A stretch of DNA of 64,000 bases, from positions 5,564,066 to 5,628,065 of the forward strand of contig MU058221.1 in NCBI GenBank assembly GCA_013265495.1, given 5' to 3'. The notes below the pieces were generated by a model. It ran no database searches and was not told the origin of the DNA. It was given only the letters and a program-made list of their open reading frames with translations. The position numbers and the translations under genes are program-made. Every line of letters begins with the position of its first letter. The first letter of the stretch is position 1. This DNA is from Vicugna vicugna. Lineage: Eukaryota. Shown piece by piece: positions 1 through 12,373 of this stretch.

Positions 1-42
1 TATCACCTGCTGCAGAAATAATGTGAGCTGCCTCTGTAGGTG
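1..42 (-). CDS. IMMT: IMMT (MIC60/mitofilin) exon 5, 5' part; runs off the window
   Basis: Acceptor ATATTTATAG| (AG at 43-44). Phase 1 matches exon 4. Reads (A)PTEAAHIISAAGD, matching mammalian MIC60. Confidence 0.93.
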
Positions 43-739
43 CTATAAATATACGTTACTCATGGTATTGATAGGTTCCTGGGCTGACAGAGAAACACAC
101 AAGAATCCACTACTACCACCTCCCACTTTGCATCTGACTCAAAAGACACTAATGCACGTGCTGTCACTATTCAGGAGCACCGTCCACTGCATAAACCCAC
201 CCAAGATACACGATGGCTGGGAAAGCACAAGACAAAAGAGTCTTGTCAGCATCCATCTGCATTTTAACCATTATTCTCAGGCAAGACGCCTAATAACTGT
301 ACCAAACAGTACCAAATCTTAACATGAAAAGGGGACGTAAGACTTACAGAACATGGAGAAATAATAACAAAGGAAAAAGGAGCCTGTAGTGAAGAAGGCA
401 GACAAAAGAATGTAACCAAAAAATATTTTTTAATCACTCTGAAGAGTGGCAGAGATGAAAGGAGAGGTTATGAGCAAGAACAGGATGACAATTTTAAACA
501 TGAAGAAAAGTTCACAGTTTAGACAGGGAGTTAGTAAAAAATGGAACTCAGCTAAAAAAGTCCTTTCACAGACAATTTTAAAGAAAGGAAGTGTGAAAAA
601 TCAAGAGCTTGTAAATTGTAAATAAGCGTTGATGGAAGAGAAAATGTAACTTCTGAAGGTGGAATGGGGGGAGAATGAAATAGAGAAAAAAATGTTTTAA
701 TAAACTGAAGATCCCACTTAAGAGAGAAAGTTGGATTAT

Positions 740-1352
740 CACAACCTCACTAACTGGTCCCCCTGCTCTGCCCTTGGTTCCTTTATCTATGCTCCTCAGT
801 AGCCAGTGATCTTATTAAAACACAAATCAAGTATCAATCCCCTGACTCATAAGCCTCCCACCAACTTCCCTTCCCACTCAAAAGTCTTACAAGGACCTCC
901 AAAAGCCTCCAGGGACCTCTAAGATAGGCCTTCTGCTCCCTCGCTGACCTCATCTGCTACGTTCTCTTACTCCCCTGCAGCTTCACCTGCCCCGGCCAGA
1001 GCACGCCAAGCTCGCCCTTCCGCCCAGGGTGCTCTGCCCCGCCAGCCTTCCACATGACTGACTCCCTCGTCGCTTTCCAGTCTTTGCTCAAACGACACCT
1101 TCCAGAGGAGACTTTTCTCACCTACTCCATTTAAAATGGCACCATTCCCCCCCACTCATCACTATATGATGTCCTGTATGTATTTTCCTTGTGTACTTTC
1201 ATATGATTTCCCTCCCCTCATCCCACTAAGGAACAGTCACAGCATTTGTGTGTTTGTGTTTACTATTTTGTTCACTGCTGTAGCCCCAGTGCCTAGATGG
1301 CACCCAGCACTTGGCATGTAGTAGATACCCAGTGAATACTTGCTGAATGAAA
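740..1352 (+). mobile_element. L2 LINE 3' fragment
   Basis: Ends in the L2-type terminus TTGTTCACTGCTGTAGCCCCAGTGCCTAG...GAATACTTGCTGAATGAA. Confidence 0.7.
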
Positions 1353-1864
1353 GTCAAGTGATTTAATCAAGAGTGAAAGTGACTAAGGAGAAACTTTATA
1401 AATTCACATATATGTTGAACAGGTTAGGATTAGGTGAGTGCTGTAAATTAATGTGGGATTACTGGTCGATCATAAAGGCAAAAAACATCTGCAGATCAAG
1501 ACACATTCATCACTAAGGAAGAAGAGAGGAGAAGGAACAGGTGAACAGGCAGAAAAAAGGTGGGGAAAGAGAATAAATCTTAAAATCTAAAGAAGGAAAA
1601 TGCTAGGAGTCAGAGAAAAGGCAAAAAAACCCCAGAAACATCACTCTGCCGCAGGCAAGACAGCTCTTGCTGTTACCCTTACTCAGCAGCTGCCCACAGC
1701 AAAGCCCAGCTCCCCACCCCACTCACCCCGAAGGTGGGAGCACTTCCTGCCCAGGGCGGAGAAGAGTCCTTCATGGGGACGGGCCCCCATCTCGATCACG
1801 GGTACAAATACAAAACAATTCATCTACTCTATAATTTGGAAAGAATGATTCTAAATACGCTTAC

Positions 1865-1976
1865 CTGCTGCTGAAGCCGCAGTGTCTCCCAACTGTTTCT
1901 GGAGTTGTGAGGCAGGCTGTTTAGATTCTTTCATTACCTCTGACACACTAGAGATTTTTAGTGGACCTGACTGAAT
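1865..1976 (-). CDS. IMMT: IMMT exon 4 (112 nt)
   Basis: TTTCCAAG|ATTCAG...GCAG|GTAAGC. Encodes IQSGPLKISSVSEVMKESKQPASQLQKQLGDTAASAA. Confidence 0.97.
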
Positions 1977-2364
1977 CTTGGAAATGAAAAACATTCGACA
2001 TTTCAGATATAGCACTGTTTTTGAAAAGAGGTAGCACACAGTAACTTGTACTATTTTAAAAGTCAGGTTCTTTCAGACTTTGAACATAAAGTTCAACAAT
2101 ACACAATGTATTTTATTGGCCATAATAAGAGAAGCCATCATGCTAGAAAATGCAGTCCAAAAATTTCATTCCAAATGACTAGTCCATGTGTCAATAGACG
2201 TAAGAGTTCTCTTAGGGCAACTCATGAAGTTCATGATACAGGATCTTCCCTTTAAACACCATTTTTACACCACTCCTTTTACATATTCAACACTGAGAAG
2301 GTTATTTCCATTTGCTTTCTAAATCAAATTATGGTGTTTTCTTTGTACATTCAGTTAGAAATAA

Positions 2365-2580
2365 ATTTTTTTTCTTTTTTAAAATTTATTTTTCTTTTGG
2401 GGGTAGGTAATTAGGTTTGTTTGTTTCTTTCTTTCTTTCTTTCTTTCCTTTCTTTCTTCGCACGTGCTTCCCTCCCTTTCTTTCTTTCTTTCTTTTTCTT
2501 AACAGAGGTACTAGGGATTGAACCCAGGACCTTGCGCATGCTAAGCAGGCACTCTACCACTGAGATATACCCACTTCCTA
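2365..2580 (-). mobile_element. Vic-1-type camelid tRNA-derived SINE with expanded (TTTC)n
   Basis: Minus strand reads GGGTATATCTCAGTGGTAGAGTG...GGGTTCAATCCC (Pol III A/B boxes) with the CCTAATTACC tail. Confidence 0.85.
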
Positions 2581-3029
2581 AAACAAATGTTTCTTAAAAG
2601 GCTAAGTAAAAATGAAAATTCATTTTTTATTTCTTTAATCTCCAAGATTCACACACCTGCACACTAAGACATATGATCCAATTGTGAGTGATGCCTGCTT
2701 TTCTCTTTCTCAATTACCACCTGCCTTAAGTTTCAGGCACTGTCATTAACAGGACTGCCCGGTGATGTGCCAGAGAAAGTTACTGAGTAACAGAAATATC
2801 TTCATTCTACCTATGTTGTCCCGCCTTTTGCCAGTACTTGGCATTGGGTCTCAGATATCCCTAACAGGACCATTCAAACTTAACAGAAATGGTTCTGAAT
2901 TTTGTCATTATCAGAAACTAGGAATATGCCCATTTTCTTTTTATTAAAATTTTATTATTTTTTAACTCATGAAGTGCATGCTCACTATAACAAGCAAAAC
3001 AATATCAAGATATAACACTGGTTTTGTCT

Positions 3030-3165
3030 ATTGTTTGTTTATTTTTTTTACTGGGGGAGGTAATTAGGTTTGTTTATTTATAGAGGAGGTACTGGGGCTT
3101 GAACCCAGGACCTCATGCATGCTAAGCACGTGCTCTACCACTTGAGCTGTGCCCTCCCCCACCCC
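3030..3165 (-). mobile_element. Vic-1-type SINE
   Basis: Same head and tail as the other copies. Confidence 0.85.
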
Positions 3166-4653
3166 TTGGTTTTAATCTGCCTCCTCCCTGTAGCACTCTC
3201 AGGGAGCCACTGCTAATCTTCTGAAATCTACCCTCCCACCTATAAGCATATGCTCATGTATATACACATATACATTATGTTATATACATTAAACAAACAA
3301 AAATAGGTAATTTAAAGCTTTCTGGGAGGAGTGGGGTTATTAGGTTTATTTATTATAATTTTTAAAAAATATTACAGATTAAACAAGATAGGATAGCCAA
3401 CAAAATCTGGGGAACTCTGAAGATGAATCCAAGAATTCTAACCCAGCTCACTGACAGCACGGTATAATCTTACTATAAAAAGGGCTAAGCAGGAAGACTG
3501 CACATTTTGAGGTGGTGTAGCATGGACCTGCAAAGCTGAGCAGGTGGAAACGTTCAGCAGGACAGTGACAGTGGGGTGAGAAGAAGCCAAGGCTATCGAG
3601 AATGACACCTGAAGTCGTGTCAGGGGAGGAAAGAACACTGCTCTGAACGGTTCAGCCTGACTCCGTGCTCCTGGAGTTGCTTCCAGCTACTTCTCCCAGG
3701 TCATGGAGCTTAAAATAGACGCAGGATTTTAGAACGAAGCCAAAGGATTCTGCTCCTTGACTACTGAAGCTGCAATGCTATCTCCCTCAGCCAGCAAGAC
3801 ATTTTAAAGTTCACTTGGGAGAATAAATGATGTAGAAGACTAACTAAGGACATTTTTTGAATCATTTGGGGGTGGGGGTGGGAGAAGTCAGAGGACACCT
3901 GCTTTCCCAGATAGTAACTCTGTCATAGGACTGGTCCCAAGATCATGGAGGATACTGGAGAACAGAAGTCTGCCCAGTTTCTAATAAAGAACTGATCAGC
4001 CATGTCCAGCCTCACAGCATAAAGAAATACCAAATCAGCAAAACCCCATGCTTTCTTTTATATATCTTTCTCAAGCGCCAACTTGAAAGAAGAAATTGTA
4101 AGATGTGAAAAAAAACAACTGTAAGCCTTTTTGGGGTGGGGGTGGGTGAAACTGAAGACTGTGCCCAAAGTTCCAGGAATACTGGGAGAAACTCCTGTCA
4201 GTGAATCAGTGCGTAAGTGAAAATTCTGTGACTGCTTTGTGGGCTAAAAGGTGCCATTACTAACCGTAACATGTGGGTTCTGCGTCATGACCAATCTACA
4301 TCCGCGTCTTCAGTGTTCTAAGTCAGGGTCCGAGAGCTGCAATGGTGCGGGCGGACACAGAGCCCCTCCGTCCACAGGGCAGCCGGGCTGCCTCTGCCTG
4401 TGCTGCCCCCTCCACTTAGCCCTGGGTGTCACATCGTTTTTTCTATGTGATGTGACTAAATGAGAGCACGTATGGGACTCCAAAGGGATAAAAACCCAGC
4501 TCTACATAATACTAGTTCAATCTAAAGAAAAACAACAAACACATACCTAGCAAGTTCTACTGAATTCTACATGCAAAATATTTTCAAGATGAAAACAACC
4601 TGCTTTTCAAAGTATTCCACAGGATAAACTGAGATTTTACTTCAAACTCTTAC

Positions 4654-4843
4654 CGGCTTCTTTGGCGATGGAACAGTATAAGGTGGGGAACCAAGAACCA
4701 TCTCAAAGAGTTTGTCTGAGTAAGGTATGGTTTTCTCTACGTTTTTCCGGAAATGGGAGTCCCATTTGGCGTACAGGATAGTGCCACCAACACCTCCACC
4801 AACAAACAAAATGCCAGCTCCAGCAATTTTGCCAGGAGACAAC
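4654..4843 (-). CDS. IMMT: IMMT exon 3 (190 nt), includes the transmembrane segment
   Basis: CACTTAG|G...CCG|GTAAGA. Encodes LSPGKIAGAGILFVGGGVGGTILYAKWDSHFRKNVEKTIPYSDKLFEMVLGSPPYTVPSPKKP. Confidence 0.98.
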
Positions 4844-5554
4844 CTAAGTGAAAGAAACAGGAAACATTTTTGGGTTTCGGCTCTCCTAAACCTACTTCCC
4901 TAGACTCTAGGTGTAAGAGTCTCAAAGAACTCTCACCTCTATTTCTTTACCACTATTCAGAGCACAGCATCCCCGTTTACCACTGCAGCTGCACACCACC
5001 TTTCTGATTCGTTTCTAACACATCCACAATAAAAAAAAAACCAAAACATTTATTTATAATTTTTTAATACAGTAGTATCTAGAATAGGACGAATGAAGCA
5101 ATCTCCCGTTTAACACTTAAAATTTAGCATGTTCAATCATGAAGTTTCCTCTGAACCCAAAAAATAAGTATCACTAGTTTTCAAAGCTCCTCTCCCTTAA
5201 TTAAACATTTCTGTAACTACAGTAAAACAAATGTCAACTAGAACTAACAAAGTACTTGTAAGTTCCAGTGTGCTGAGCTCTGGATATGAATCTATTTGGC
5301 ATAGAATGGAAGACACCACAAGGGTTGGGGGGAACGTCTACTTTGGATGCCAATTACCAAAGGACCAGAAGGGGCACTACACCAAGCTTTCACCTGCAGA
5401 TAAACAATGCTTCAAAGATATTACAGCAAAGCGCCAATGTTTGTATTCCCTTAAAAAAAAAAAGATTTTAAGCAGATATTCCCACATCCAAGGAAAACAC
5501 ACACACACCCCCTTAGCACAAGTTTAAAAAAAGCCTGTTTACAGGGAGACATAC

Positions 5555-5628
5555 CGAGAACCGCCTGGAGTGGAGTATCTACGGCATGGTCGCAGCGGAC
5601 GGAAGACAAACTTCCCACAGAGACAGCT
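5555..5628 (-). CDS. IMMT: IMMT exon 2 (74 nt), mitochondrial presequence
   Basis: TTCCTCTAG|AGC...TCTCG|GTATGT. Encodes SCLCGKFVFRPLRPCRRYSTPGGS(R). Phases join exons 1 and 3. Confidence 0.97.
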
Positions 5629-5959
5629 CTAGAGGAAGAAGAAAACATCACAACCAGCAGTTAGAGGAATCTGTGAGGCTTTGAGGGTTGGGAACTCAGA
5701 AGTAATACTTTTAGTACAATGTATATGAAGATACACAACTCCCAAATCTGTAGTCTGGGAGAGGGCTGGCTTAGGCTGAAAGGCTCAGAAAAGGCTGCCT
5801 GGCAACGCAGGCCTGGGACTAAGAGAAGACACATGGTATTAGGTCTGGGAAGTAAACTAAGGAAGAACCAGAGCTCTGAAGAGCAACTCTGGGAAAGAAA
5901 GAATAATTCATTTCTTAAGGATGATTATGTCCAGACATTCAGAATAAGCTAGATGCCAA

Positions 5960-6385
5960 CAGTGACGGCCAACAATTTTATATGTCAACTTGGAGGGTGT
6001 CTGGGGAGGAGATCAACATATAAATCACTGAACTGCGAATTAAGCAGATTGCCTTCCACAATGTGGGTGGGCCTCATCCAATGAATTGAAGGTCTGAATA
6101 GAACAAAAAAACCCAGCATTCCCAAGCAAGGGGGGAATTCTCCAGCAGACTGCCTTCAGACCAGAACTGCACCGTCAGCTCTCCTGGGTCTCCAGTCTGC
6201 CAGCTGTCAGACACAAACTGCACCACAGACTCTCCTGGGTCTGTGCATATCAAGTCTGCCAGCCTCCCCTGCAGATACGGACCTGACAGCCGCCACAAAT
6301 GCATGAGCCAATTTCTTGTAACAACTCTTTCTATGTATATACACACCCTATTGGTTCTGTTTCTCTGGAGAGGTTCTAAAACCTA
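5960..6385 (+). mobile_element. MLT2-like (ERVL) LTR
   Basis: AATTTTATATGTCAACTTG start, AATGTGGGTGGGCCTCATCCAAT core, CTATTGGTTCTGTTTCTCTGGAGA end. Confidence 0.75.
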
Positions 6386-6589
6386 TGGAGGTTTAAGGGA
6401 GGTTACAACCACTTACGGAAATTAGGAATTCACAGAACACATTTATTCTGTCATTCAAACATGTCACAAATTTAGAAATTTGAGTACAAAGTTCAAAAGA
6501 GGTTAGACAGTCATCTGCTTAGGAATTAAAGTTCTGAGAACTGATGTAAACCCAAGTAAGAGAGTATTTAAAGAGATGGGACATCAACA

Positions 6590-7465
6590 AGATATCGCCT
6601 CATGCCTATGAGAATGGCCAACCTCCCCAACACTGACAACACCAAACGCTGGTGAGGATGGGAAGCAAGGAGAACTCATTCACCACTGTCGGGAATGCAA
6701 AACAGTACAGCCACTTTGGAAGAGAGATGGGCAGTTTCATATAAAACTAAACATCCTCTCACCATATGATCCAGCATATGTGCTCCTTGGTATTTACCCA
6801 AAGGAGTTGAAAACCTATGTCCACATAAAAACCTGCACAGAAACATTTACTGCACCTTTATTCTTAACTGTCAAACACTGGAAGCAACTAAGATGGCCTT
6901 CAGTTGGTGAATGGATAAATGAACTCTGGTACATCCAGACAATGGACTATTATTCAGCACTAAAAAGAAAAACTATCGATCCATGAAAAGAAGGAACCTT
7001 AAATGTATTACTAAGTGAAAGAAGCCAATCTGAAAAGACTGAATGCTGTGTGATTCCATCTACCTGGCATTCTGAAAAAAACAAAACTATGGAAAGAGTA
7101 AAAAGATCAAGGACTACCAGGGGCTAGGGGGAGGCGTGTGATGAATAGGTGGAGCACAGAGGATTCTGGACAGTGAAAATACTCTGTATGGTACCATAAT
7201 GATGGATACATGTTGTCATACATTTGACACAGCCCATAGAAGATACAACATCAAAAGTGAACTAATGTAAACTATGGATTTGGGGTGATGATATGTCTCT
7301 GTAAGTTCATCAATTGTAACAAATGTAACAAATCATAACAAATGGAGAATGTGAATTCTGGGGGATCTGTGCATGCATAGCGGCACAGGGTATATGGGAA
7401 ATCCTCTCCATTTTGCTGTGAACTAAAACTGCTTTTTAAAAAAAAATGAGGTCTTAATTTAAAAA
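6590..7465 (+). mobile_element. Old L1 (L1M-type) ORF2 end and 3' UTR
   Basis: CATATGATCCAGCA...CTTGGTATTTACCCAAAGGAG, TGAATGGATAAA...TGGTACATCCAGACAATGGA, A-rich end. Confidence 0.85.
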
Positions 7466-7759
7466 AAAAGGGGGGGGAGTGAGAGACTGGAAGAGCACAC
7501 CTTGGGGTCTAGAGCTCCTACAAGTACAAGGAGCAGCAGACTCAACAGAGGAAAAGGAAAGATAAGAAGGAACCCAAGATACTACATGAGAAAAGCCAAA
7601 AGAGCAAAAACAGTCTCACAGGGCAACAACATCAAATACTACAGAATGACTGAGGAGACGATAGGAATAATCAATGAATTTTATGAGACAGCAATTTCAG
7701 GAAGAGAAGAAATCTTGGTTGCAGGCTAGAAAAGGGTTCATATTTTAGTATGAAGTTTT

Positions 7760-7890
7760 GTTTGTTTTTTAATGAGGGGGAGGTAATTAGGTTTATTTAT
7801 TTATTTCTCTTTGGAGGTACTGGGGATTGAACACAAGACCTTGTGCATGCTAAGCATGCACTCTACCACTTGGGCTATATCTTCCCCACT
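7760..7890 (-). mobile_element. Vic-1-type SINE
   Basis: Head and tail as above; flanked by a TA(T/C)GAAGTTTT target-site duplication. Confidence 0.85.
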
Positions 7891-8161
7891 TTGATACGAA
7901 GTTTTAACCAGTTTTCTTCTAATTTCCTAACTGGGATCCCACTAAATGGAAAATATTTTGATAAAGGCAAGGAAGGAAAAAGTAATTTTGGACTTTAGAG
8001 CAGTCTGTGGGGACAAATCAGTGATAACCACGATGAAACCTGAGAGCAGAATAAGGAAGAATGTGCCCTGAAAGGAGGGCTCCAAAAATATATTTCAACA
8101 GTTCTGCCCTGAAAGGCAGCTCTGCTTCCTCCCTCCTCCCGGCCCTACCTGGACACCACCT

Positions 8162-8751
8162 TCTGCCAGATTCTAAGATGGTCCGCATGATCTCTGCCCT
8201 CTACTGTTAAGCCCATGATGAGGGTTGCACGGCAACAGGGGTTTTGCAGATGTAATTCAGGTTAGTAATCAGTTGGCTTGAATTAATCAAAAGGCAGTTT
8301 ATCCAGGTGGGCCTGGCCTAATTATATAAGCCCTTTTAATCTGGGTCTGGAGATCAGAAACAGGGGAGAGAGATTTAGAATTCTGAAAGACAAGCTCCTG
8401 GTAGCCTGCAAAAAGTAAACATCCATGTTATAAATTGCTTCTGTGGACCCTGTGGCAAGGAATTTCAGGCAGCCCCCAGGAGAGGCTATGCGAATTAGCA
8501 AGAAAACAAGGACTTCAGTCTGACAGCTGAGAGGGACTGAATTATGCCAACGTAAACTGCTTGAGTTTAGAAGAGGACCCTGAGCTCCAAATGAGAACTA
8601 CAGCAGGGACAGCACCTTGACTGCAGCCTGTGTGACAGCAAGCAGAGAAGCCCAACCATTCATGTCCAGAAATGATAAGATAATAATTGGGTTTTCTCTC
8701 AAGATGCAACATCTGTGGCATTTGTTATGCAGCAACAGAAAACTAACGCAC
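8162..8751 (+). mobile_element. MLT1-type MaLR LTR
   Basis: TTTTGCAGATGTAATT core and TTTGTTATGCAGCAACAGAAAACTAAC end. Confidence 0.7.
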
Positions 8752-9259
8752 ACTCCACTTTCTTAAGAAGCTGCTTCACTTGGAAACGAAAAAAGGAGAT
8801 AAGCAAACTTGGAGGAAAAAAAAAAAAAGAACTTTGACTTTCGTGATTTCTAACTCACTAGGTCTAGGAATTTTGCTCAATTGCTTGAGTCCAAGTACTT
8901 ATTTTGCCATACCACATTTTGCCAAAATACAAGTTTTCTTTAAGTTCTGAGCAATGGGAACAAGTTTATTTTTATTTTCCGAAAATTACTTTGATAATTA
9001 TGCAAAAATAAAAGTAACTGGGTGTCTAGGCTTCCTGAATGTCTGCCAAGGTTGTCCCAGCACCTGGAGACATAAGCTCCCCAGGCTAATCTCAGAAATT
9101 AGCACAAGGTCATAACGCCGAACCTTCCTCGAGTTTTAAGAGTTTCAGCTCCACAAACTACAATTTTTCATTTTTGTTCAGAGTAAGAATAGCTCGAGGT
9201 GTTCTCAGCTACAAAAAGAAAGGCAGTCTCTCCTGGATAATTACAACCTTGACCCCTAA

Positions 9260-10120
9260 AACGCGGACTCGAGCTGTCCCGGCACCGCCTTATTAAGATG
9301 CAATAAGCCAAGGCTATGCATATCCTGCTGGGAACTGTAGTTTCCCCCCCGTCGACCTTCAACCACCGGCTGCACGAAACCTATCACGCGCCCAACCGGC
9401 GACCGGGGCGCCAGCAGCCACGATTGGTCCCAGACTGGGGCAGCGCGGGGCTGATTGGATGGTACGTCCCCAAAGCCGTGCCTCCCGTCCTACGCCCGCC
9501 TCCCCGCCACCTTCTCATCCCCACGCCCCATCCCGCTTCAGCAATAACCCTCAAGTCATCCTTGTCGGGCGGACTCGCGAATTAACTGCCTCACGGGCCG
9601 CCCGGGCCGCTCGCGATAAGAGCGGCCTTGAGACACGCCTCTGTCCCCGGGCCTAAGCGGAGTCAAAGCCTCCCCTGCTTTCTATGGGTGGCCCGGAGGC
9701 AGTTTCACCACGCGCTCTCTCCCGGCGCCCCTGTCCTCACCTGGGCGGTGGAGGTCACGCCGGATAACTGACAGGCCCGCAGCATCTCTGCGTGGCGGAC
9801 GGCGCTGCGGGTGTAAGTGGTTGTTCGGCGGGCGGTGCGAGGAGGGAAAACCGTGCGTGCGTGCGTGCGTGCGTCCGTGCCGCCTTTCCGCGCCGGGCGT
9901 ACCGGAAGGGCAGCCAACGCCACTGCGCACGCGCAGCCCCCTACAGCGCCTGTCCCGGCCGGTGGGAGAGAAAGGGCCCGCCCCTGGCGGAAAGGGCGGT
10001 TTCTCCTTCCGGGTCGCTCCTGTGGTTCTGGTCCGTTGCCCGAAGCCGGGGTTAGTAGGTGAAAGCCAAGACTGGGAAGGTGTCTGGAGCTCCGGCATTG
10101 GTGCGCGCGGAAATCGGCAG
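9260..10120. promoter_or_regulatory. IMMT CpG-island promoter
   Basis: Dense CpG/GC. NRF1 consensus TGCGCACGCGCA at 9924-9935. ETS/GABP-type CCGGAAG at about 9902-9908 and CTTCCGG at about 10006-10012. Typical of nuclear-encoded mitochondrial genes. Confidence 0.85.
9741..9785 (-). CDS. IMMT: IMMT exon 1 coding part (45 nt)
   Basis: ATG at 9785-9783, MLRACQLSGVTSTAQ, donor CAG|GTGAGG, inside a CpG island. Confidence 0.97.
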
Positions 10121-11389
10121 TTATGACTCTTCGGAGAATTCAAGCAAGAAATCATTTCTGTCAGCTGGATACAGAAAGGAATGGGTTTGCCCAAAATTAT
10201 GTAAACAGTGGTGTTTTCTCGGTTTGCGCGTTCGTTTCCTTTGACAGCCCTGAAGGGAGTTACTCTGCTTGTGGGACACTTGGTGAAAGAACCTTTGTGC
10301 AGAATGTGTCGCTCTTGTAATAAATGGCAGAGCAAGGATAGGAGCCCTGATTCTTCGAGTTCCACAGTTTCTATTCCTTCCAGGTTAAACCAAACCACTT
10401 TCCTCACCAAATTTTTACTTTAGAGAGATGATTTTGGCCGCAATTTGTGGAATAGATTGGAAGATACGGTCAGTGCAGAAACACTGTTCAAAGTATTCCA
10501 CTGAGTCTATGATCAAGGTATCAAATGTTAATTATTGAACACCGTATTCAATGCTACTAATACTAAAAGTGATTTTATCGCAGTATCATAGAAAATAAAT
10601 ACAGTGTTTATTTATTGCGTTTGCAAAGTACTTTAAAGCCTTAACTAGGTAGTTTAGTGTGGTGTTCTCCCTAGAGGTAGACAACGCTACTAATCCCATT
10701 TGTAAAGAAATGGACTTGAAAATTATCTAAAATCAAATAATTACTTACGTTTGTGTATGTTCAATGCTTTTTCAGGGTACTTTTGTAATTATATTGCACT
10801 CGGTATTTCATATCGCCAATACCAGCCTCCAGAGCAGTCTCCCATCTGTTATAGTAATTTTAACAATTGAACTGCAGTCCCCCCATCCCATTTCTGCCCA
10901 CCCCTGTCATGCTAGGTGATGCCAATGTGATGACTTTTCCGATACCTTGGTCATAAACTTCTCAATGCCAATGAGCAATTTCAATCTGCTCCAGCTGTGT
11001 ATGACACAACCACATCTTGGGCCTGAACATCATTAGGAACTTCTGCTGCAAGATTTCAAAATCCAAAATTAATTCCTGTAGTTTCCTAATCTCTCATTTA
11101 ACTACGTCCTTAATCCTCATCTTCTACATGAAATTTAAGAATTTTTTGTTTTAAAAATAGACTCTTCTACAGTAACTCAGAAATCACTTCTCTTGTTCAA
11201 AAATGTGCAGTGACTCCTGCCAATGAAGGAGTGTTAAGAAATGTCTGAGTATTTTTCCAGCATGTATGTGTGTTTCTAAGCTCCAAGTGGCCACTGTGGT
11301 GGGAGATCAAGATAGCAACAATAGCAATTCAAGATCGTCACCCACTTCTCTACCCTAAAACCCAGAGAAACTGAAGTATAACCAACTTA

Positions 11390-12373
11390 GTGGTTCTCAA
11401 AGTGTGACCTGGGACCCCTGGTGAGCCTAAGACCCTTTCAGGCAGTCTATAAAATCAAAACTACCTTCAAAATATTAAGATGTTATTTGCTGTTTTCACT
11501 CGCTGTTCATAATTGTAGTACAGTAGAGTTTTTCCAGAGACAACACGACAGGTGATACCACAACAAATTGAATGCATATGCGAATTTCGGAATCCACCTT
11601 TCTATTAAATCAGACCTTAAAGAGATTTGCAGAAAGGCTAAACAATGCCACTCTTCTCACTTTTATTGAATAGCTATTTTTCATAAAAATACTTGTTCTA
11701 ACATGTAATAGGTTTATAATTGTTTTAAAATGAATTAATAAGTGCAGTAGGCAGAATCATCATCCCCCAATATGCCCACATTGTCCCAAACCCTGGAACC
11801 TCTCAATATGTTAACATGACAAAAAGAACTTTGCAGGTGTGATTAAACTAAGAATTTTGAGATGGGGAGACTCCTCCATTATCTGTGTGGGCCTAATGTA
11901 ATCACAAAGGTCGTTATGAGTAAAAGAAGGAAGCCAGAGGTTCAGAGTCAGAAAAGAAGATGTGACAATGGAAACGGAAGTCAGAAAGATGTAGCTTACT
12001 GGCTTTGAAGATACAGAAGGAGGCCACGAGACTCTAGAAGCTAGAAAGGGCAATGAAACAAATCTTTCCGAGAGCCTCCAGAAGGAGCACAGCCTTGGAT
12101 ACCTTGATTTTAGCCCCGTGAAACCCATTTTAGACTTCTGACCTACAGAAATGTGAGACAGTAAATTTGTGTTGTTTTAAGCCACCAAATCTGTGTTAGT
12201 TATAACAGCAATCAGAAACTAATACAATAAGTATTTTTTATTTTTCCTCTGTTTTACTTTTACTTTCCAATATAATAAATACTAATAGATATAATCCATA
12301 TAATTAAAAGTGCTTTGGAGTCCTCAATTTTTAAGCATAGAGATTCTAAGACCAAAAAGTTTGAGAATGACTG
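11390..12373. mobile_element. hAT-Charlie-like non-autonomous DNA transposon, interrupted by an LTR
   Basis: Inverted termini TAGTGGTTCTCAAAGT ... AGTTTGAGAATGACTG. Confidence 0.6.
11743..12226 (+). mobile_element. MLT1D-like MaLR solo LTR
   Basis: TG...AACTAATACA with a perfect 5-bp TSD ATAAG (11738-11742 and 12227-12231). Confidence 0.85.

Noticed and set aside
6166..6270. Imperfect tandem duplication ACTGCACC...CTCTCCTGGGTCT...AGTCTGCCAGC
   Set aside because: Lies inside the MLT2-like LTR, where such internal repeats are ordinary; not CRISPR-like.
6780..6986. 68-aa ORF resembling a protein
   Set aside because: Remnant of the L1 ORF2 C-terminus, not a host gene.
9682..10410. 242-aa minus-strand ORF and overlapping ORFs at the IMMT promoter
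   Set aside because: Stop-poor GC-rich CpG island, non-ATG start, low-complexity translation; the real IMMT frame is different.
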